Positions 1 to 9,457 of a DNA stretch of 64,000 nucleotides are shown piece by piece. Position 1 is the first letter of the stretch; every line of letters begins with the position of its first letter. The position numbers and the translations under genes are program-made. Below the pieces are notes generated by a model, which saw only the letters and a program-made list of their open reading frames with translations, made no database searches and was not told the origin of the DNA. The stretch comes from a virus: positions 1 to 64,000 of the IMG/VR virus record IMGVR_UViG_3300033153_008183; one strand, written 5' to 3'.

Positions 1-249
1 CAGAAGTATGGTATTGAAGGACTTGGGGGGTTCTATGATAAACTCTCACATGCAGGTAAGATCTTTGGTATAGTAGTAGGAGCTGAAGAAAGAGCCCATG
101 GTCTCTCACGTATCCAGTATTGGTATGAGAGAGATGGATTGGGCAGTTTCCGGGAAGTAACAGTTTTAACCGGTTTTAGTATTGGTAGAATGTACTTGGA
201 CAGTATCTTCACAGATGAGATTGAAGGTATTGAGGATGATGACGAATAA
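1..249 (+). CDS. Partial CDS (3' end), probably a DnaB-like replicative helicase C-terminus
   Basis: Frame 1 is open from the window start to TAA at 247-249 (...RIQYWYERDG...FSIGRMYLDS...). It resembles phage DnaB-type C-termini and sits in a replication-module context. Confidence 0.45.
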   Translation, partial: QKYGIEGLGGFYDKLSHAGKIFGIVVGAEERAHGLSRIQYWYERDGLGSFREVTVLTGFSIGRMYLDSIFTDEIEGIEDDDE

Positions 250-295
250 TGACCGTTTTAAGCTGTAATCCCTATAATCAAAGGAGAGAGGGTTT

Positions 296-973
296 ATGAT
301 TATTGAAAAATACAGGTTTTCATTATTTTTACTGGTGCTATTTGGGTTTATATATCTGGGCAGTTTTACTGAATGGTTGTGGGATACTAAGAAAGAAGAT
401 GCTTATTTTCAAGCTGCTTTGGAAGATACTTTGAGGAAAGATATTGAGAAGTATGAAGAGGTAGTCAGGATATACAAAGAATTTTTTAATAATGATATAA
501 AAATATGGCCTAATCCTATTCATCCAGATGATTATGACCGTTTAACAAGTCCTTTTGGTTATAGATTAGATCCTTTTAAAGAAAACACAGGTGGTGCTGC
601 TCTAAAATATCATCCAGCTTTAGATATGACTGGAGTTATTGGAGCTCGTGTATTGTCTCTTACTGAAGGTATTGTTGAAAATAAATGGTATGACAGAGGC
701 TGGCACAATGGACGATGGTACAGTGGACATCCTTATTTTAATGGTTATATACAGATCAGATTAGAAAATGGATGGTTGCTCTCTTATGGGCATGTAGATG
801 CTATTATTGTCAAAGAAGGTGATATCGTAGTAGCTGGTCAAATTATATGCCGAATAAGTGAGATTACCGACAAACATTCAACGGGACCTCATCTTCATTT
901 TTCAATACAAGATGAAGCAGGAGAATATTTACAACCTCAAAAATATATTGAAATGTTCAGGGAAATAAAATGA
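296..973 (+). CDS. M23-family metallopeptidase with an N-terminal transmembrane segment
   Basis: LTSPFGYR, HPALD (HxxxD), YGH and STGPHLHF (HxH) motifs; hydrophobic N-terminus. Confidence 0.9.
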   Translation: MIIEKYRFSLFLLVLFGFIYLGSFTEWLWDTKKEDAYFQAALEDTLRKDIEKYEEVVRIYKEFFNNDIKIWPNPIHPDDYDRLTSPFGYRLDPFKENTGGAALKYHPALDMTGVIGARVLSLTEGIVENKWYDRGWHNGRWYSGHPYFNGYIQIRLENGWLLSYGHVDAIIVKEGDIVVAGQIICRISEITDKHSTGPHLHFSIQDEAGEYLQPQKYIEMFREIK

Positions 974-1461
974 AATATAATTTTAAACAAGAAACAGAGA
1001 CAGCTAAATTACCTACCAGACATACGAGGGTATCTGCAGGAGTAGATTTCTATGCTGATGAAGAAGTATATGTTCCCCCAGGAGGATCTGTAATTGTATC
1101 TACAGGGATTTCCTGGAAACCAGATTTATCAACATGGAATGATTTAACAGGAAGTATGGATTATTCTCCTTATAATGTTTGTCTCATCATTCAATCTCGT
1201 TCCGGTCTTGCTTTTAAAGAAGATATTGAAAGTAGTAATGCCGGAGTAATTGATGCTGATTATTTTTCTACTGAGGAAAACAAAGCCGTTATTAAAGTGA
1301 AACTCTATAATCATGGTAAGAAAAGAAAAGTTATTTATAAAGGAGATAAAATCTGTCAGGGAGTCCCACAATTTATTCCACTCTTTGATGATGTTGAAAC
1401 TTTAGATGATGATAGAAATGGACTGGGATTCGGTTCGTCCGATGGAAAGGAAAATAAATGA
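970..1461 (+). CDS. dut: Trimeric dUTPase
   Basis: SAGVDF, SRSGLA, GVIDADY, GDKICQ and RNGLGFGSS (motifs 1-5). Confidence 0.95.
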   Translation: MKYNFKQETETAKLPTRHTRVSAGVDFYADEEVYVPPGGSVIVSTGISWKPDLSTWNDLTGSMDYSPYNVCLIIQSRSGLAFKEDIESSNAGVIDADYFSTEENKAVIKVKLYNHGKKRKVIYKGDKICQGVPQFIPLFDDVETLDDDRNGLGFGSSDGKENK

Positions 1462-1583
1462 GCACTGCAACTGTAATCATGAATGGTCTAATTAAAATAA
1501 CAATAATTTTATGTGTTGCTGGTGCTATGTTTCGTTTATTGGAAATAGCTGATACATACTTTAATAAAAAGGATAGTGAATAA
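1458..1583 (+). CDS. 41-aa single-TM micropeptide (not in ORF track)
   Basis: Fills the gap exactly, with start/stop overlaps on both sides; hydrophobic core LIKITIILCVAGAMFRLL. Confidence 0.55.
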   Translation: MSTATVIMNGLIKITIILCVAGAMFRLLEIADTYFNKKDSE

Positions 1584-2677
1584 TGAATTGTAAACGAAAA
1601 GATTTACTGGCTGCAGTGGAAAGAGTTATGCCTGGAGTCGGAAGTGAAAGAGCTTTACTTGAAGGAGTCCAGACAATTGTTTTTACTCCATCAGGACTTC
1701 ACACATATAACACCAGGATATGTGTTACCTGTCCTTTTTCAACAGAAGATATTGCAGGTAGTGTTTCCGGAGACAAGCTTCATAAATTATTAAAGAAAGG
1801 AAAATCAGAAGATTTAATTCTTTCAGTAACTGAAGATGCTCTGGAAATTAAAGCAGGGAAAACAACTGCTTCTCTCACATTTATGAAAGCTGAAATTGTT
1901 CAGAAAAAAATAGCTTCTATTCATAGTTTAATTCCTGCAGAGGAACTTCCCAGAGATTTCAGAAAAGCTTTATTGCGTTGCGGTATTAAAGGGAATGTAA
2001 CTAAATGGTCCGGAGTGTATTTCAAGAATGATATGGTTTATGGAACTAATCAGGTTGTCAGTAACTTTTTTAATATTTCCCGGTCCATGGGAGAATTCTG
2101 GATCAGTCAAAAAAATATAGAAACTATATTAAAAATTAAAACTGGATTAAAAGCTTATGATGTCACTGGAAAAGAAACAGCTGAATGGTTTCATCTCATT
2201 GATGAGGATGGTACTATTTTCAGTTTTATTCTTCAGGACATTACATTATTTAAAGGTGCTCTTGATTTTCTTATGGCTCAGGAAGGTGAAGAAGATGATG
2301 AAAAATATTTCAATACTAAAATACCTGATGATTTCCTTTCTGCAGTTGATGAATGTTCAGTCTTAAGTAGTAAATCTGATGATGCAAAAAAACAATTTGT
2401 AAGAGTTACTTTCAGTGAAGATGAATTGATGTTTGCTGCCGGTAGTAAAAATGGGAAAGTTACTTCATCAGTGGATTGGACTTCACCTTTAGTAGCTTTT
2501 AAAGAAGTTGAAGAAGGACGTTACTATGTTGATTATTTAAAAGATGCTTCTGAGAAATGCAAAAGAATAATGATCAAACCTATGACCCTGGCGAAGAACA
2601 AAGTTTATCCTCTCATCATTATGACTACTCCGGGATTTAAAACTATGATTTGTCCATTATTTGAAAGGGAGGTTTAA
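1583..2677 (+). CDS. DNA polymerase III beta-like sliding clamp
   Basis: 364 aa; N-terminal KRKDLLAAVERVMPGV..., later F..AVDECSVLS and C-terminal TMICPL match the beta-clamp pattern; upstream of the polymerase. Confidence 0.75.
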   Translation: MNCKRKDLLAAVERVMPGVGSERALLEGVQTIVFTPSGLHTYNTRICVTCPFSTEDIAGSVSGDKLHKLLKKGKSEDLILSVTEDALEIKAGKTTASLTFMKAEIVQKKIASIHSLIPAEELPRDFRKALLRCGIKGNVTKWSGVYFKNDMVYGTNQVVSNFFNISRSMGEFWISQKNIETILKIKTGLKAYDVTGKETAEWFHLIDEDGTIFSFILQDITLFKGALDFLMAQEGEEDDEKYFNTKIPDDFLSAVDECSVLSSKSDDAKKQFVRVTFSEDELMFAAGSKNGKVTSSVDWTSPLVAFKEVEEGRYYVDYLKDASEKCKRIMIKPMTLAKNKVYPLIIMTTPGFKTMICPLFEREV

Positions 2678-2855
2678 TATGGGTTATGCTTGGGAAGAAT
2701 ATAGAGATATTTTAGATGATATGCTTTTGGATCCAGTTTATGAATATGCTGATGAAACACTATCTGGTATTCTGCAATGGGTTATAGAAAATGAACATAT
2801 AACTGAAGGACAGATAATGGCTATTACTAATATTCAAGCAGGAGCTAGAGAATAA
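2661..2855 (+). CDS. Hypothetical protein (likely start at ATG 2679)
   Basis: GGAGG upstream of MGYAWEE; coupled to the next ORF. Confidence 0.65.
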   Translation: MKGRFNMGYAWEEYRDILDDMLLDPVYEYADETLSGILQWVIENEHITEGQIMAITNIQAGARE

Positions 2856-3004
2856 TGAAAATGAATAAAATATCATTAGGTATTATTACTATAATTTATG
2901 GAATCATAATAATCATGTCTTTTAAAGTAAGAGATTGGACAGAAGGCATTGCCTGGATCACAGCATATTATTTTCTTTTAAAAAATAATTCATTAAAGGA
3001 ATAA
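2855..3004 (+). CDS. 49-aa hydrophobic micropeptide (not in ORF track)
   Basis: Fills the gap with a TAATG overlap; hydrophobic ISLGIITIIYGIIIIMSF. Confidence 0.5.
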   Translation: MKMNKISLGIITIIYGIIIIMSFKVRDWTEGIAWITAYYFLLKNNSLKE

Positions 3005-3006
3005 TA

Positions 3007-5679
3007 ATGGAATCATCTTTTTTTGACTTTGGTGAAATAGTAGAAGAGAATCCTTTTTCCACTAAAGCAAATGCTTGTGATGTGTGTTCTAAAAGATTAA
3101 AAATAAATACTCCAATTATGAAGTTTGCCGGAAAAGGTGAAAGAAAGATTTTAATAATAAATGGAGCTCCCAGTAAAAAATCAGATAGAGAAGGAAAACC
3201 TTTTCAGGATAAAGCAGGGAAATTATTAAAAGAAACTTTAATGGAATTGGGACTTAGTTTAACCAGAGATACTATTTATGGTTATGCTGTTAGTTGTCAT
3301 ATTCCTTTAAAAAATAAAAAATCTAATGTGAATGATGCTGACATCAGAAGATGCCATAACATTCTCACAGCAAAAATAAATGAGTTTAAACCTCATGTGA
3401 TAATTACCCTAGGAATAGCTGCTGCCGCCAGTGTGATAAGAACCAGAGCAGCCGGTAGACTTACTGGTATTAAAATGACTGCTTATTATGGAGAACAAAT
3501 TCCGGATCAGGATTGGAAAGTTTTTATCTGCCCCACCTGGAGTCCTGAAGAAGTTCGTAAATCAGTTGACTTTAAAAATGTAATTGATCCTGTTGTTATG
3601 AAGCAGTGGAAAAGAGATTTAAGAAAAGCTATCAATCTTCTAATTACTCCGTTCTACACTCACAATTATAGCAATGATGTAATTGCTCTTCATAAATTAA
3701 AAGAATCTTTAAATATGCTGGACACTATTTATAAAACCTGGACTCATGTAACTTTTGATTATGAGACAACCGGAATTAAACCACATAGAGAAGGTCATTA
3801 TATTGATTGCGTGGGATTTTCTAATGGAATTATAGGTGTGGGGATGCCTTACTTTGATGATCCTGAATTTCATAAAAAAATGAAACTAATTCTCAGAAAT
3901 ACTAAAATTAAAAAGATAGCTCATAATGCTAAGTTTGAAGATACCTGGTCTCATATCCGGGGAATTAAACAGCATGTCCGAAACATGTATTGGTGTACAA
4001 TGATAGGTGCTCACTGTCTCCATAACAAAAAGAATGTTGGAGCTAAATATTTAATATTTTGTAAACTTGGAATTCTCAATTATGATTCTGAAGTAGACAA
4101 ATATTTGAAACCTACTGAAGAAGAGGAATTAAAATATGGAAGAAATGCGATTAATCAAATTCATTTAGCTGATACTCATCAAAAACTTTTATATGTAGCT
4201 CGTGATGCTCATTTAGAATATAAATTATTTGAGTACCAGGATTCCAGATTAAAAGGAAAATTAAGAGAAGGATTTTTATTTCTTCATAAAGGAACTATGG
4301 CTCATGGTATTATGGAAGCTGCCGGTTTCAAATTAAATATGGAAGAAGCTGAATTAAATACCGGTTTTGTAAAAGCTAAAATGGATGGTCTCTGGGATCG
4401 TATACTTGAATTACCTGAGAGCAAAGGCTGGGACCGGAAAATACAGGGAAAAGGATTTCAACATCATATTTATGATATGTTAAGATTTGAAGAACCCGTA
4501 GGAATGTCAGATGATTTGAAACCCGGAAACAGACCTGAGAATGAAGAAGCTCTTCTCAGTCTTAAATCAAGTTTTACTGACACTATTGTTAAAATAAGAA
4601 AGCAGAAAAAAATATATGATACTTTGAATAAATATACTACTGAGGCTTGTGATGGAATGATTCATCCTATTTTCTCTACTCATAACGTTCAGACATTCCG
4701 TTCAGGTTGTTCCAATCCTAATATTCAAAATCCATTTAAGAGGAATAAGAAAGCAAGAACTATGTTACGTTCAGCATTAAGACCTTCTCCAGGGAATGAA
4801 ATATGGGAATGGGATTATAAAATGCTGGAGGTTGTAATTGCCGGTTGTGTATTTAAAGACCCTGAATGGTTGGCTTATTGTTTTGATCAGGAACACGCTG
4901 ACATGCATAAGGATGTTTCTTTTGAAATGCTCTTTCTTGATGATGAAATATATAATAAATGGATGGGAATTACAGATCCTCTTACAGGTGGTAAAGTTGC
5001 AAAGAATGTAAGACAGGCCAGTAAAAATGGTTATGTATTCCCTTCTGTATATGGTGCTGGAGTTGAAAAAACAGCTAGTGGTGTATGGAAACAATTACCA
5101 GAGATAACTAAGAAGCATTTATCTAAAATTGGAATGCCTACTTACTTTGGTGGTCCTCAGAAAGGTTCTCCCATTAGTTCTTATGGTAGATTCAAAGAAT
5201 GGATGAAACTTTACATAGATTACTATTGGAATGAAAAGTACCCTACCTATAAAGACAACAGAGACATAATGCATAAGAAATATTTAAGAGATGGTTATGT
5301 AGACATGGTAACAGGCTTCAGATACTGGGGGCCTATGAGTTTTAATAATTTTTGTAATGGACCGGTACAGGGGCCAGCTAGTCATATTAAACTATGGACC
5401 ATGGAAAAGACCCAGAAAGAAGCTAAAAGATTAGGACTTAAATCCAAACAAATATATGAGATTCACGATAGTATTGGTTGGGATGGTGTCCCAGAAGAAA
5501 GAGAGATTGTAGATGAACTCATGTTTAAATATGGAACATTACTTGTCAGAGAACATTGGGATTGGATTATATCCCCTTTGACTTTAGAAAAAGAAGTCAG
5601 CGGAATTGATGGTACCTGGAATGATATGAAGGAGATTGAAGAGAAAGAATGGGTTAAAGATGAATGGAGGAACCTGTGA
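3007..5679 (+). CDS. Family A DNA polymerase with N-terminal family-4 UDG-like domain and 3'-5' exonuclease
   Basis: UDG-like CDVC...APSKKSDREGKPF..KAGKLL; exonuclease FDYETTG and HNAKFE; polymerase motifs A (WDYKMLE), B (RQASKNGYVFPSVYG) and C (IHDS). Confidence 0.93.
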   Translation: MESSFFDFGEIVEENPFSTKANACDVCSKRLKINTPIMKFAGKGERKILIINGAPSKKSDREGKPFQDKAGKLLKETLMELGLSLTRDTIYGYAVSCHIPLKNKKSNVNDADIRRCHNILTAKINEFKPHVIITLGIAAAASVIRTRAAGRLTGIKMTAYYGEQIPDQDWKVFICPTWSPEEVRKSVDFKNVIDPVVMKQWKRDLRKAINLLITPFYTHNYSNDVIALHKLKESLNMLDTIYKTWTHVTFDYETTGIKPHREGHYIDCVGFSNGIIGVGMPYFDDPEFHKKMKLILRNTKIKKIAHNAKFEDTWSHIRGIKQHVRNMYWCTMIGAHCLHNKKNVGAKYLIFCKLGILNYDSEVDKYLKPTEEEELKYGRNAINQIHLADTHQKLLYVARDAHLEYKLFEYQDSRLKGKLREGFLFLHKGTMAHGIMEAAGFKLNMEEAELNTGFVKAKMDGLWDRILELPESKGWDRKIQGKGFQHHIYDMLRFEEPVGMSDDLKPGNRPENEEALLSLKSSFTDTIVKIRKQKKIYDTLNKYTTEACDGMIHPIFSTHNVQTFRSGCSNPNIQNPFKRNKKARTMLRSALRPSPGNEIWEWDYKMLEVVIAGCVFKDPEWLAYCFDQEHADMHKDVSFEMLFLDDEIYNKWMGITDPLTGGKVAKNVRQASKNGYVFPSVYGAGVEKTASGVWKQLPEITKKHLSKIGMPTYFGGPQKGSPISSYGRFKEWMKLYIDYYWNEKYPTYKDNRDIMHKKYLRDGYVDMVTGFRYWGPMSFNNFCNGPVQGPASHIKLWTMEKTQKEAKRLGLKSKQIYEIHDSIGWDGVPEEREIVDELMFKYGTLLVREHWDWIISPLTLEKEVSGIDGTWNDMKEIEEKEWVKDEWRNL

Positions 5680-5870
5680 ATTATATGGATTGTCCCATGC
5701 TACGTGATCAAGCTAAAAGGATAAATGCAGTTTTGACAACATATGGGTGTCAGGGGTGCTACTTATCTCCTTCACAATGTATGTTCAGAGAAAATGAAGG
5801 CATTTCATCTATGAAATCTTTCAGATCAGATTGTCGTAATCCTAATATGTCAAGTAAACCAAAGGAGTAA
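5664..5870 (+). CDS. Small Cys-containing hypothetical protein
   Basis: Overlaps the polymerase stop; same-strand packing. Confidence 0.5.
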   Translation: MEEPVNYMDCPMLRDQAKRINAVLTTYGCQGCYLSPSQCMFRENEGISSMKSFRSDCRNPNMSSKPKE

Positions 5871-5873
5871 TAT

Positions 5874-6329
5874 ATGACTTTAGCCGGTTATGAATCCCTT
5901 CTTAATAAAGCCATTAAAAATAAAGATAATGAAACACTTAGAATGATAATAGTATTGCTGTTTGAGAGTGAGCAATCTAAACAAGAATTACGAAATAAAG
6001 GTTATGGCTGTACGGGATTGAGCTTATTAGAAACTGTAAAAACTGAAGTTCCTTATGTAAAGGAGATATTTAAAGAAACAGAGGAATATATGAAAGTAGA
6101 ATTAACACCACTTGAAATAAGTTTATTATTTAATTATCACCAGGAACAAGCTGATTTTTATTTGGGATGCAAGAAAACGAGTTTACGACATTCAATAAAA
6201 GTACCAGTACCTCAGTTAATCAACTGTAATACCAAGCAAGATTGGATTGATAGTGCTAAAGAATACAATCACAAATCTAAATATCATAAAAGACGTGCTC
6301 TATTTTATAAAAAATTCACGGAGGCTTAA
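5874..6329 (+). CDS. Hypothetical protein
   Basis: AAGGAG RBS; dense packing. Confidence 0.65.
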   Translation: MTLAGYESLLNKAIKNKDNETLRMIIVLLFESEQSKQELRNKGYGCTGLSLLETVKTEVPYVKEIFKETEEYMKVELTPLEISLLFNYHQEQADFYLGCKKTSLRHSIKVPVPQLINCNTKQDWIDSAKEYNHKSKYHKRRALFYKKFTEA

Positions 6330-6464
6330 ATGAGTTTTGAAGATATACCGGAAGATAAAGAAGAAAGTTATCCTTGTCCTAATTGTGAAAATGGAAATGT
6401 TACATTAGATAAATCCAGTGGAATATGGAAATGTGACATTTGTGATTTTGGAGAACTTAATTGA
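6330..6464 (+). CDS. 44-aa zinc-ribbon protein (not in ORF track)
   Basis: GGAGG RBS; CPNC...WKCDIC. Confidence 0.65.
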   Translation: MSFEDIPEDKEESYPCPNCENGNVTLDKSSGIWKCDICDFGELN

Positions 6465-6667
6465 TGGCTGGCAAATTACCTCGTAAACAAGATAAAGGAC
6501 GTTGCAACAGATGCTATATGTCGACATTAACACAGCGAATTGGTGATTCAAATGAGTTTGAACAAATACCAAAGAAAACTAAACGTGTAAAAGGGATGCA
6601 TTTATATTGCACTAAATACGCTAACGACTGTAATAGAGTAGCTTGGAATTGTACGGAGGTTCATTGA
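6461..6667 (+). CDS. Small Cys-rich hypothetical protein
   Basis: CNRC...C..C..C; overlapping start/stop with neighbours. Confidence 0.55.
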   Translation: MMAGKLPRKQDKGRCNRCYMSTLTQRIGDSNEFEQIPKKTKRVKGMHLYCTKYANDCNRVAWNCTEVH

Positions 6668-7281
6668 TGATTAAATTCCCAGATAAAAAATATGATGTAA
6701 TAATGGTAGACCCTCCATGGCCTTATGATTTAGTAGGGAAAAACTTTGATTCTCAGTTCTCCGGAACCAAAAAGAATTATAAAGCTGTTGAATCTGCAGA
6801 AGATCATTATGATGTGATGACTTTAGATGACATTAAAGCTCTTCCGGTTGTGGATATCTCTGAGGATAACTCTGTGTGTTACTTGTGGATAACTGGTCCA
6901 CATCTTCCTTATGGTGCTGATGTTTTAAAGGCTTGGGGATTCACATACTCCACTATAGCCTTTGTGTGGTACAAAGAAGCAGTCAATCCCGGCTTTTATA
7001 CAATGAGCTCTTGTGAGTATGTACTTGTGGGTAAACGGGGAAGTATTCCTAAACCCAGAGGTTCCAGAAATGAACAGCAGTTTCTTGCAGAAGAAAGGAC
7101 TCATCATTCAGCTAAACCTGCAGAGATAAGAAATAGAATAACCAGAATGCATCCTGACCAGAAAAGAATAGAACTATTCGCCAGAGTACATGTTAAAAAT
7201 TGGGATTCCTGGGGTTCAGGTGTCAGTGAAGAAACTTTACCCGGAGTTCCTTATATTGAAGCTCCGGTACTTTTTAAATAA
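6667..7281 (+). CDS. MT-A70-family methyltransferase
   Basis: YDVIMVDPPW, HYDVM, YLWIT, AWGFTY, HSAKP and RIELFAR motifs; start taken at ATG 6667. Confidence 0.92.
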   Translation: MIKFPDKKYDVIMVDPPWPYDLVGKNFDSQFSGTKKNYKAVESAEDHYDVMTLDDIKALPVVDISEDNSVCYLWITGPHLPYGADVLKAWGFTYSTIAFVWYKEAVNPGFYTMSSCEYVLVGKRGSIPKPRGSRNEQQFLAEERTHHSAKPAEIRNRITRMHPDQKRIELFARVHVKNWDSWGSGVSEETLPGVPYIEAPVLFK

Positions 7282-7293
7282 AATGAGGTGTAA

Positions 7294-8034
7294 ATGATAC
7301 GGCTTTATAATGCTGAAGGTCTTGCTATAATGGAGATGCTTATTGCTAAGAATATTGTAATTGATGCTATCATCACAGATTTACCTTATGGCACTACAGC
7401 TTGTAAATGGGATTCTATAATTCCTTTAGTTCCAATGTGGAAACTTAGCAGGCAACTTCTTAAAGAAAATGGAGTATTTATCACAACAGCAAGTCAACCA
7501 TTCACATCTATTTTAATTAGTAGTAACTTGCAAATGTTTAAATATGAATGGATATGGCATAAAAATAAAGCATCAGGGCATTTGAATGCTAAAAAAATGC
7601 CAATGAAAGCTCATGAGAATATTGTAGTGTTTGGAAAAGGTAAAATAAATTATTATCCACAAAAAACTGAAAATAATAAACCTATGAATTATGCTGTGAA
7701 TAATAATCATATAAGCAATGTGTATGGTAATCAAAAACGAGTAATTACAAAAGGAGGAAGTATTTTACGATACCCTCGAAGTGTTTTAGATTTTGCAGTA
7801 GTTAATAATGATTCTACTAATGAAAAACGTTACCATCCTACTCAGAAACCAATTAAACTTATCGAATACCTTATAAAAACATATACCCGTGAAAATGAAT
7901 TAGTATTAGATTTCACAATGGGGAGTGGAACTATGGGTGAAGCTTGTAAATCTTTAAATAGAAATTTTATAGGAGTTGAATTAGATACGGAAACTTTTAA
8001 AATCGCAAAAAATAGAATACTGAATAGTCCGTAA
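7294..8034 (+). CDS. N4/N6 DNA methyltransferase (beta class)
   Basis: TDLPYG (motif IV variant), HPTQKP and VLDFTMGSGT (motif I). Confidence 0.92.
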   Translation: MIRLYNAEGLAIMEMLIAKNIVIDAIITDLPYGTTACKWDSIIPLVPMWKLSRQLLKENGVFITTASQPFTSILISSNLQMFKYEWIWHKNKASGHLNAKKMPMKAHENIVVFGKGKINYYPQKTENNKPMNYAVNNNHISNVYGNQKRVITKGGSILRYPRSVLDFAVVNNDSTNEKRYHPTQKPIKLIEYLIKTYTRENELVLDFTMGSGTMGEACKSLNRNFIGVELDTETFKIAKNRILNSP

Positions 8035-8070
8035 TAGAGCTTAAAAGCTATAATTATAAAGAGGAGAAAT

Positions 8071-8502
8071 ATGAATAAAGATATGAAAGATGAACTATTA
8101 AAAATCACTAAAGAAACTTTAGATTCTGAATTACCAAAGGATGAAAACACCATAGAAAAGATTAAGAATAAATCTATCATGGCTAATGTGTATCGGCATG
8201 GTCCTCCACCAGATAATCCAGAACACATGCATAGGCAACCTCATCCTTTAAATAAAAAGAAAGCAGTCCGGTTTATTAACCAGGATGGAAGAATGTATTT
8301 TAATATGGGAGATTGGCTTAAACCATATAAGAGTAAACTCTTTGAAAGAATGGTGAAAATGACTGTAAAACCTCCTGCAAATAAGAGGTTGGATCAATTA
8401 TGGATGTGGATTGATGCCTGGCAGATAATAGAAAAAGCTGTGAAAAAGAATATGGATCCTATTGAAGTAGTTAAAACCTGGCAGTCTGGGAGATTATTTT
8501 AA
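8071..8502 (+). CDS. Hypothetical protein
   Basis: GAGGAG RBS; TAATG overlap with the next gene. Confidence 0.65.
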   Translation: MNKDMKDELLKITKETLDSELPKDENTIEKIKNKSIMANVYRHGPPPDNPEHMHRQPHPLNKKKAVRFINQDGRMYFNMGDWLKPYKSKLFERMVKMTVKPPANKRLDQLWMWIDAWQIIEKAVKKNMDPIEVVKTWQSGRLF

Positions 8503-9443
8503 TGGGATATACTAAAAAATACAGACCAGACACTTTTGAAAAAGTTATTGGTAATGAATCACAAGTAGCTGCTCTGGAAAAAAGTATCATAAGAGATAAT
8601 CCCGTACAAGCTTATATTATTGTAGGACCTCATGGAGTTGGTAAAACTACTCTGGCAAGGGTAGCTTGTAAAGCTTTAAACATAGATCCTTTCAATATTG
8701 TAGAAATGAATTTGGCTCAGGATGGTCTTAAAAAAGATTCTGAAGAGATTACAAATGCCTGTAACACAGTCAGTATGGGAAATAGAGGTTGGATTCTTGA
8801 TGAAATGCAAGCTTCCAGTAAAGCTTTTCAAAATGGTATTCTTAAACTTCTTGAAGAGCCCCCTGCTGCAGATTTCTTTTTTATCTGCACTACTGATCCT
8901 GCTAAAATATTAGATACTGTAATAAGCCGATGTACCCCTATTAAACTTACTCTGGTTAAAGATTCTCAGATTAAAAAATTATTGAAAGGAATCTGTAGAG
9001 AAGAGAATTATCTTCTTGATCCAGAGATATTAGAAATGATTGCAGACGCTGCTGATGGTCATGTGAGAGACGCTGTTAAACTATTGGATACTGTATCCGG
9101 AATGGAGGAAGAGTTCATTCAGGAGTATCTTGAAAGTAATGTGGCAGGACTTAATGAGGATATCCCAGAAGTAATAAACTTCTGTAGGACTTATTTCACC
9201 GGTAACTCTAATAAGTCTTTAAAGATTCTTGGAGAACTTAAAAAAGAAAGGGTAGAACCTGAAACAGTTAGAAGAACATTACTGAGTTATGGTGCCTCTA
9301 TTATACTTCGAGATAGATTAAGAGCTGGCGAAAGAATTAACGAAGTAGCTGAAATGTTGGAATGGTTTGAAGAGCCCCTGTTTGATACTGGAACAGCCTG
9401 GCCTTTACTTATAACAAGAACTGTAAGAAGTTTTACAAATTAA
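8502..9443 (+). CDS. Clamp-loader AAA+ ATPase (DNA pol III gamma/tau-like)
   Basis: KYRPDTF, GPHGVGKTT, ILDE, LKLLEEPP, ISRC and GHVRDA motifs. Confidence 0.92.
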   Translation: MGYTKKYRPDTFEKVIGNESQVAALEKSIIRDNPVQAYIIVGPHGVGKTTLARVACKALNIDPFNIVEMNLAQDGLKKDSEEITNACNTVSMGNRGWILDEMQASSKAFQNGILKLLEEPPAADFFFICTTDPAKILDTVISRCTPIKLTLVKDSQIKKLLKGICREENYLLDPEILEMIADAADGHVRDAVKLLDTVSGMEEEFIQEYLESNVAGLNEDIPEVINFCRTYFTGNSNKSLKILGELKKERVEPETVRRTLLSYGASIILRDRLRAGERINEVAEMLEWFEEPLFDTGTAWPLLITRTVRSFTN

Positions 9444-9457
9444 AAAGGAGATAATCG

